Shown: one piece after another, positions 60,640 to 64,000 of the stretch
How positions within the stretch are numbered: position 1 is the stretch's first letter
How the letters are laid out: every line of letters begins with the position of its first letter
NCBI GenBank assembly: GCA_046566385.1
Contig: JBKHWS010000006.1
Span: 2,055 to 66,054, forward strand
Source: Bacteriovoracia bacterium
Lineage (GTDB): Bacteria > Bdellovibrionota > Bacteriovoracia > Bacteriovoracales > Bacteriovoracaceae
DNA: 64,000 nucleotides
Direction: 5' to 3'
Translations under genes and position numbers: made by a program
The notes under the pieces: model-generated
Told to the model about the DNA's origin: nothing
What the model saw: the letters and a program-made list of their open reading frames with translations, nothing else
Databases searched by the model: none

Positions 60640-60661
60640 GACACCCCTATAAAGGGGTGCC
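60640..60661 (-). terminator. Hairpin between the precursor gene and the modification genes (terminator/attenuator)
   Basis: Minus strand GGCACCCCT-TTAT-AGGGGTGTC followed by TTTAATT. Confidence 0.65.
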
Positions 60662-60777
60662 AACTTAAAACACTTTTTTTAAAAAAACTAATCTTCTTCT
60701 TTTGCTTAAGGATATCTCATTATTAAATTGCGATTATATTAATGATGCTTCCTTAAGTTTTTTATCCTCATGCAGCA

Positions 60778-62148
60778 CTAGCCGTTACGGCCGTTCGATC
60801 CATTAGAACCGTTTGATCCATTAGAACCATTCGATCCATTAGTTCCATTCGATCCATTAGTTCCGTTTGATCCGTTAGAACCATTCGATCCATTAGTTCC
60901 GTTCGATCCATTAGTTCCGTTTGATCCGTTAGAACTATTCGATCCGTTAGAACCATTTGTTCCATTAGTTCCGTTGTTCCCATTGGTTCCATTGTTCCCA
61001 TTGGTTCCATTGTTCCCATTGTTCCCATTGTTCCCATTGTTCCCATTGTTCCCATTGTTCCCATTGTTCCCATTGTTTCCGTTGTTTCCGTTATTACCGT
61101 TGTTACCGTTGTTTCCGTTATTACCGTTGTTACCGTTGTTTCCGTTATTACCGTTATTACCGTTGTTTCCGTTGTTTCCGTTGTTACCGTTGTTTCCGTT
61201 GGTTCCATTGTTTCCATTGTTTCCGTTGTTTCCGTTGTTTCCGTTGTTTCCGTTGTTACCGTTGTTGCCATTATTACCGTTGGTTCCGTTATTACCGTTG
61301 GTTCCGTTATTACCGTTGTTTCCATTGTCCCCTGTGGTTGAGGTTGCCTCACTTGAAGCATCAGTAGAAGAAGTATCTCCCCCTGTTGAAGAACTTGAAG
61401 AGTCGGAAGATGTTGTAGAATCAGTGCTGGACGTAACAGATGTTGAATCTGTCACTGATGTTGAGGCTCCAGTAGATGAATCTGAACTCGAAGAAGTAGT
61501 AACTGTATCTGAAGTTTCTGATTCTCCTGTCGAGCTGGTTTCAGATGAAGTTGTTTCAGAAGTGCTGGTATCTTGGGAGGTCGTCTCAGATGAGTCTGAA
61601 GAGGAAGATTCTTTTTTCTTACGATGCTTTTTAATCAGAATGTATGTAATAACACCAATGATAATAATCCCAACTATGATTAATACTTTTCTATAACTGA
61701 CAGCTCCTCCCGAGCTAAAACCAACCCCTTCTTTATAGTTTTTCTCCATGTAATCCATGGCAACCTGGGATGCTTTATGCTCATGTAAGTTTTGTTGCTG
61801 TAAGGCCATTAGAAGCCGGGAGTAATCTTTCTTTGCTTTATCATCTAGAATGTTCTTTTGTACGTAAGCGAGAATCTCCTTTTCTGAAACTCCTTCTGCA
61901 GACAAATTTGCCAGTGCAATCTCCAATTCTTTTTGGGCGTGATCTTTAAAGTATGGATCATTCTGATCCCACTCCACTGTCATGTCATACCGAAACTTAT
62001 CAAAAACTTCATCTATTCTCGCTTGAGAATCGGTCAACTCCACTTGATAGTCCTCATAAGTTTCAGCATGGACATTTGAAGGAGTTACAGTCTCAATAAA
62101 CAATGAGGCCACAAGCAAGAGACTAAGAAAACTTTTAACCTTTTTCAT
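60778..62148 (-). CDS. Secreted/membrane precursor-like protein 2 with Ser/Thr linker and ~61 Gly-X-Asn triplets
   Basis: Signal peptide (VHA|E); conserved RYDMTVEWDQ domain; GFSSGG; hydrophobic helix; KKHRKKK; low-complexity tail. Confidence 0.85.
   Translation of the reverse strand: MKKVKSFLSLLLVASLFIETVTPSNVHAETYEDYQVELTDSQARIDEVFDKFRYDMTVEWDQNDPYFKDHAQKELEIALANLSAEGVSEKEILAYVQKNILDDKAKKDYSRLLMALQQQNLHEHKASQVAMDYMEKNYKEGVGFSSGGAVSYRKVLIIVGIIIIGVITYILIKKHRKKKESSSSDSSETTSQDTSTSETTSSETSSTGESETSDTVTTSSSSDSSTGASTSVTDSTSVTSSTDSTTSSDSSSSSTGGDTSSTDASSEATSTTGDNGNNGNNGTNGNNGTNGNNGNNGNNGNNGNNGNNGNNGNNGTNGNNGNNGNNGNNGNNGNNGNNGNNGNNGNNGNNGNNGNNGNNGNNGNNGNNGNNGNNGNNGNNGTNGNNGTNGNNGTNGTNGSNGSNSSNGSNGTNGSNGTNGSNGSNGSNGTNGSNGTNGSNGSNGSNGSNGSNGRNG
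60781..61332 (-). repeat. 9-bp coding repeat array, (G-X-N) x ~61
   Basis: 552 nt; GNN dominant, GTN/GSN at the C-terminal end; perfect ccattgttc run at 61007-61077. Confidence 0.95.
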
Positions 62149-62282
62149 CGAATTCCCTCTTTTTTGAAAGTTACTAAGAATTCATGCTTGAATACTTCCA
62201 TCAAAGAGCTTGTACAAGATGATCAACTATAAGATTACTTCAAGAATTTTATGTGTGATTTTAGGAGAGCATGAAACGAAAA

Positions 62283-62306
62283 GAGCACTCCAGTGATGGA
62301 GTGCTC
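62283..62306 (-). terminator. Intrinsic terminator after precursor 1
   Basis: Perfect 10-bp stem GAGCACTCCA-N4-TGGAGTGCTC, then TTTTCGTTT on the minus strand. Confidence 0.85.
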
Positions 62307-62335
62307 GTGAAGACTAAGATCTCGAGAGAGAGAGA

Positions 62336-63319
62336 TTAGCAGCTAGTAGTACTTAAACTTTTACATGGGCTACCATTGCCATTGCTACCATTGTTTCCAT
62401 TGTTTCCATTGTTTCCATTGTTCCCATTATTTCCGTTGTTGGAATTATTGGAATTGTTACCGTTGTTTCCGTTGTTCCCATTATTTCCGTTGTTGGAATT
62501 ATTGGAATTGTTACCGTTGTTGCCGTTGTTGCCGTTGTTACCATTGTTGCCGTTGTTACCATTGTTACCGTTGTTACCGTTGTTTCCGTTGTTGCCGTTG
62601 TTTCCGTTGTTGCCATTGTCTCCGTTATCCCCACCTGTACTCGATGTACTTGTTGAAGTCGAAGTGCTGGTCGAGGATGATGTCGAAGATGAAGTGGAAG
62701 TTGAAGTTGAAGTACTTGTAGAAGATGCTTCTGCTGAAGCATCAGCCGAAGAATCACTTCCCGAAGAAGATGAGTTTCCGTCATCTTTCTTTCTATTGTG
62801 TTTGATAATGAGATAAGTCACGACACCAACAATAATAATACCTACGATGATCATCGCTCTACGATAAGAAACAGACCCCCCTGAAGAGAATCCTACGCCT
62901 TCTTTATAGTTTTTCTCCATATAGTTCATGGCAACTTCAGAAGCTTCGTCTTCATGGAGATTTTGCTTTTCAAGAGCACCAAGAAGTCTTGTATAATCTT
63001 TACGAGCTTTTCCATCGAGAATATTTTTCTGCATGTAAGTAAGAATCTGGACCTCAGTTACACCTTCGGCTTTCAATGCATCTAATGAATTTTCTAACTC
63101 TTTCTGAGCATGTTCTTTGAAATAAGGATCTCTTTGATCCCACTCAACAGTCATATCGTAGCGAAACTTATTAAAAGCATCAGCGATTCGGGCATCAGCT
63201 GGTTTTTCTACAACTTTATAATCTTGAAAAGTTTCCGCTTGTAGGTTCTGTGGAATTGTTGTTGTCATGAACAGAGAACACACGAGTAAGGCACTAACAT
63301 TCTTTTTAACTTTTTTCAT
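62336..63319 (-). CDS. Secreted/membrane precursor-like protein 1 with Ser/Thr linker, ~28 (G/S)-X-Asn triplets and a two-Cys tail
   Basis: Paralogue of 60778..62148 over the first ~175 aa; ends SPCKSLSTTSC. Confidence 0.85.
   Translation of the reverse strand: MKKVKKNVSALLVCSLFMTTTIPQNLQAETFQDYKVVEKPADARIADAFNKFRYDMTVEWDQRDPYFKEHAQKELENSLDALKAEGVTEVQILTYMQKNILDGKARKDYTRLLGALEKQNLHEDEASEVAMNYMEKNYKEGVGFSSGGSVSYRRAMIIVGIIIVGVVTYLIIKHNRKKDDGNSSSSGSDSSADASAEASSTSTSTSTSTSSSTSSSTSTSTSTSTSSTGGDNGDNGNNGNNGNNGNNGNNGNNGNNGNNGNNGNNGNNGNNSNNSNNGNNGNNGNNGNNSNNSNNGNNGNNGNNGNNGNNGSNGNGSPCKSLSTTSC
62381..62632 (-). repeat. 9-bp coding repeat array, (G/S-X-N) x 28
   Basis: 252 nt; includes a 54-bp-period duplication carrying SNNSNN. 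Confidence 0.95.
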
Positions 63320-63620
63320 TTCCCCACCTTTGTTAGGTTTAAAGTTGAACTGCCGGATGAAATTACTTTGGGTGTGAAATTTCCGTCATATGAAGATTTC
63401 TTCACATTTTTTTAATAGTTAAATGAAGCAGCAAAGATTTGAAAAAATGAAAGCGAAGAGGATTCAGCGTATTAAACTATTCTTATATTTTATAAAGAGT
63501 TAATTAATGGTCGTAACGCAAAAGATTTCCTCAAATGCGAAAGAGTAATTAACAAAGATTAAAAATGAATTAACGCTTAAGATATGGGACTTAAATTTTT
63601 TCTTAAGGAGATGAGAAGTG

Positions 63621-64000
63621 TCACCTTCTTACCAGACCTACCGTTCTATACACATTGTCTAATGTGACTTTTGCCCTGGCCTGTGCCTTATCGGCCCCTG
63701 ACTTCAGCAACTGGTCAAGGTGATCACGGTTTTTCATCAGTTCTTCATATTTCTCACGAACAGGCCTCAAAGTTTCTACAACAATCTCGGCCAGGTCGAC
63801 TTTCAGATGGCCATACATTTTCCCATCATAATCTTTTTCAATCTGAGAAATTGATTTACCACTTAAAACTGAATAAATGGTCATGAGATTAGATAAACCC
63901 GCTTTATTATCAGGGTCAAATTTTATTTCAGTACCAGAATCAGTGGTGGCCGACTTTATCTTCTTCTCAATTTTTTTAGAGTCTTCAATGATTGAGACAA
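63621..64000 (-). CDS. trpS: Tryptophan--tRNA ligase, C-terminal part (5' end outside the window)
   Basis: IEKKIKSATTDS...DPDNKAGLSNLMTIY...YGHLKVDLAE...GADKA. Confidence 0.93.
   Translation of the reverse strand, partial: VSIIEDSKKIEKKIKSATTDSGTEIKFDPDNKAGLSNLMTIYSVLSGKSISQIEKDYDGKMYGHLKVDLAEIVVETLRPVREKYEELMKNRDHLDQLLKSGADKAQARAKVTLDNVYRTVGLVRR

Noticed and set aside
60768-61696. Alternative-frame ORFs over the GNN array (60768..61361 -, 60974..61696 +)
   Set aside because: Stop-free by-products of a 9-bp repeat; the 456-aa frame has a signal peptide, an RBS and a paralogue.
62353-62816. Cys-rich (CFH/CCR) and Pro/Leu-rich ORFs as metallothionein or RiPP precursors
   Set aside because: Antisense and shifted-frame translations of the repeat in precursor 1, with no independent start signals.
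57626-63620. Mobile genomic island carrying the HTTM locus
   Set aside because: No integrase, transposase, tRNA site or flanking direct repeat seen; parts look AT-richer by eye, but that is not enough evidence.

Overview
This is a gene-dense bacterial chromosome segment with no RNA genes, CRISPR arrays or mobile elements that I could recognise. The gene content (PhaR-like regulator, twin ArsA/Get3 ATPases, Suv3-like helicase, many secreted hydrolases, lineage-type hypothetical proteins) suggests a Bdellovibrionota predator, probably Bacteriovoracaceae; this is inference. Most of the window is housekeeping, transport or signalling: peptide ABC transporter, gshA, feoAB, ushA, ahcY, rpiB, deoC, tyrS, partial trpS, peptidases, and HD-GYP, HK and RR proteins. 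The standout is a six-gene minus-strand locus at 57.6-63.3 kb. It has two paralogous precursor-like proteins (signal peptide, conserved ~120-aa domain, SSGG, hydrophobic helix, basic patch, Ser/Thr linker, long Gly-X-Asn tail). These are followed by two tandem pairs of an SdpA-like small protein plus an HTTM/SdpB-like membrane enzyme. Each pair looks like a split vitamin-K-dependent-carboxylase-like enzyme, which suggests an undescribed protein/peptide modification system. Secondary points are several degenerate signalling proteins, a DUF455 diiron plus ATP-grasp pair, a LolB-like lipoprotein, a nucleotide-transporter-like MFS protein, and apparent leaderless promoters, one overlapped by a palindromic operator at feoA. 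All family calls come from motif recognition by eye; no searches were run.
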